Origin: Marsupella aquatica
Taxonomy: Eukaryota > Plantae > Marchantiophyta
NCBI GenBank assembly: GCA_973895155.1
Contig: OZ316892.1
Location: 28,774,932-28,838,931, forward strand
DNA length: 64,000 nucleotides
Direction of reading: 5' to 3'
The notes beneath the pieces are model-generated. The model saw nothing but the letters and a program-made list of their open reading frames with translations, ran no database searches and had not been told where the DNA came from. Position 1 is the first letter of the stretch. Every line of letters starts with the position of its first letter. The position numbers were made by a program, and so were the translations under genes. Positions 62,609-64,000 of this stretch are shown piece by piece.

Positions 62609-64000
62609 GGCTTCCCTGTGTTTTGTTTCAGTCCATTTTGTTGGTCTTTGATGCCTATGCAGGTTGCTTCCCTATTGTTGTCTTGGCCTCATGGCTCCTT
62701 TACTTTGGTTGTCCTTTCTTAAAATTTGATGGGTATCCAAAATGGGCCAAAAGAAAACCTAAAAGTTGATTGTATGAATTCTCAGTCAACCTGAATAGCT
62801 GTCATTATGCTCCGGAAACACAAGGGGAAACACCAGCTAATGGTCCACATTCAGTGTATCTACTGGGTCAAACCAAGAGGTGCATGAATATCCTAGAGTA
62901 GTGTAATTTGTAAGGTTTCCTTTTTTCCAGGATGGCAAATGTCACTTTTTTGAAGCAGAAGATGCTACGAGTATTCCTTGCCTAGTTTTTCCTGGACTAG
63001 CTTATGGACCATCAGATCTCCTTAGATTTAAGGATACCTGTTACATTCCTGCTAGTGAGGTTTGTGACTAGGTGCAACTGGAAGACAAAAAACCTACTAA
63101 ATTTCTGCCAAAGAGTTTAAGAGAGGTGGAATCTAGAGAATTTTGGCACAAAAAAAAACTGTCTTCAAGCCACTCGCATCAAAGGTGTGCTTAGAATGCA
63201 ACCAGGATGTACCAACGGAAAATATTCTTTAATAGTATGTGAGTAAAGTGCTATCCGTCCTGGTTCCACAGTCCATGGGAGCAAATTCTTCAACGTCACC
63301 GTCCATCAGGGAAATCTAAACGCTATGCAAACTTAAAAATCCTGTCCCATCTTAGTAAATAGAATGATACTCAGATGGACCACAATATGTAACTGAGCAG
63401 CTCCAATGGACCTCGAAACTTTTGAGCCCCACGAGTGTCACCATTAACTCAAGGAAAAGTACTGTACTATCTCAAGCTCCAAACATTGTTTGAAAACTGT
63501 TCATGAACGTTGAAACAGTCCATCCCAGCTACTTGTGAGACATCGTGGTCCATTGGAGTCTCTTTTTGAAACTTATAAGTTATAACTTTAAACTACTAAA
63601 CGTTATCTATCACACTGCAAAAGAATAAGTTGAGCCCAAAACGGGGATACAAGGTCACACAAGCAAAACTGCAAAAGGCCCAATTAAAGGGAGGCCAACA
63701 AATAACCCAAACAAGTAAAAAATGAGAAGAATTTCAAACCAGATTTATGAGAATGACGGCGCACCTTACAAGCGACAAAACTCATTAGAATTGGCGGCCC
63801 GTAACGGCCCCTAAGTGAGAACCTACGCTGTTAACTAATAATTTATTGGAGCCCTACCTTTGCTACAAACAACACACCAAGCTACAAATCGTCAAATCTG
63901 GTTTGTCCTTTGTTTGGCTGCACGATCCACTGTACTCCCAAACAGTACAAACTACAGTACACTCCGTTGGCAACAGTCAGTAACTTCCCGATCGTCGGCC

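Noticed and set aside
63260-63560. Short inverted repeats (ctccaatggacc / ggtccattggag)
   Set aside because: Only ~12-14 bp; no TSD or clear boundaries, so insufficient to call an element.

Overview
Eukaryotic land-plant genomic DNA with GT-AG introns and plant-type genes. A bryophyte/liverwort origin is my inference from gene content only. Intact genes: RPL10/uL16 (intronless CDS), a Pro/Gly/His-rich GRP-A3-like gene (minus), sterol 4-alpha-methyl oxidase SMO1, BCCIP, the JmjC ribosomal oxygenase NO66/RIOX1 and the SET-domain methyltransferase SUVR3 (minus). The centre holds a tandem segmental duplication (~28.7-34.4 kb vs ~37.5-46.6 kb); copy A carries a deleted, frameshifted BCCIP pseudogene. 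The ~3 kb between the copies contains an intact, intronless Crinkler (CRN)-type P-loop NTPase + PD-(D/E)xK-like nuclease gene with an N-terminal NLS, a frameshifted LRR-receptor fragment and a truncated SABATH methyltransferase. The right end has a degenerate Crypton-type tyrosine recombinase, an L1-like LINE 3' end, a ~172-bp tandem array beside a putative LTR, a tRNA-derived SINE head and a putative solo LTR. Several MITEs and local tandem repeats are scattered through the window. All alignments and identities were judged by eye.
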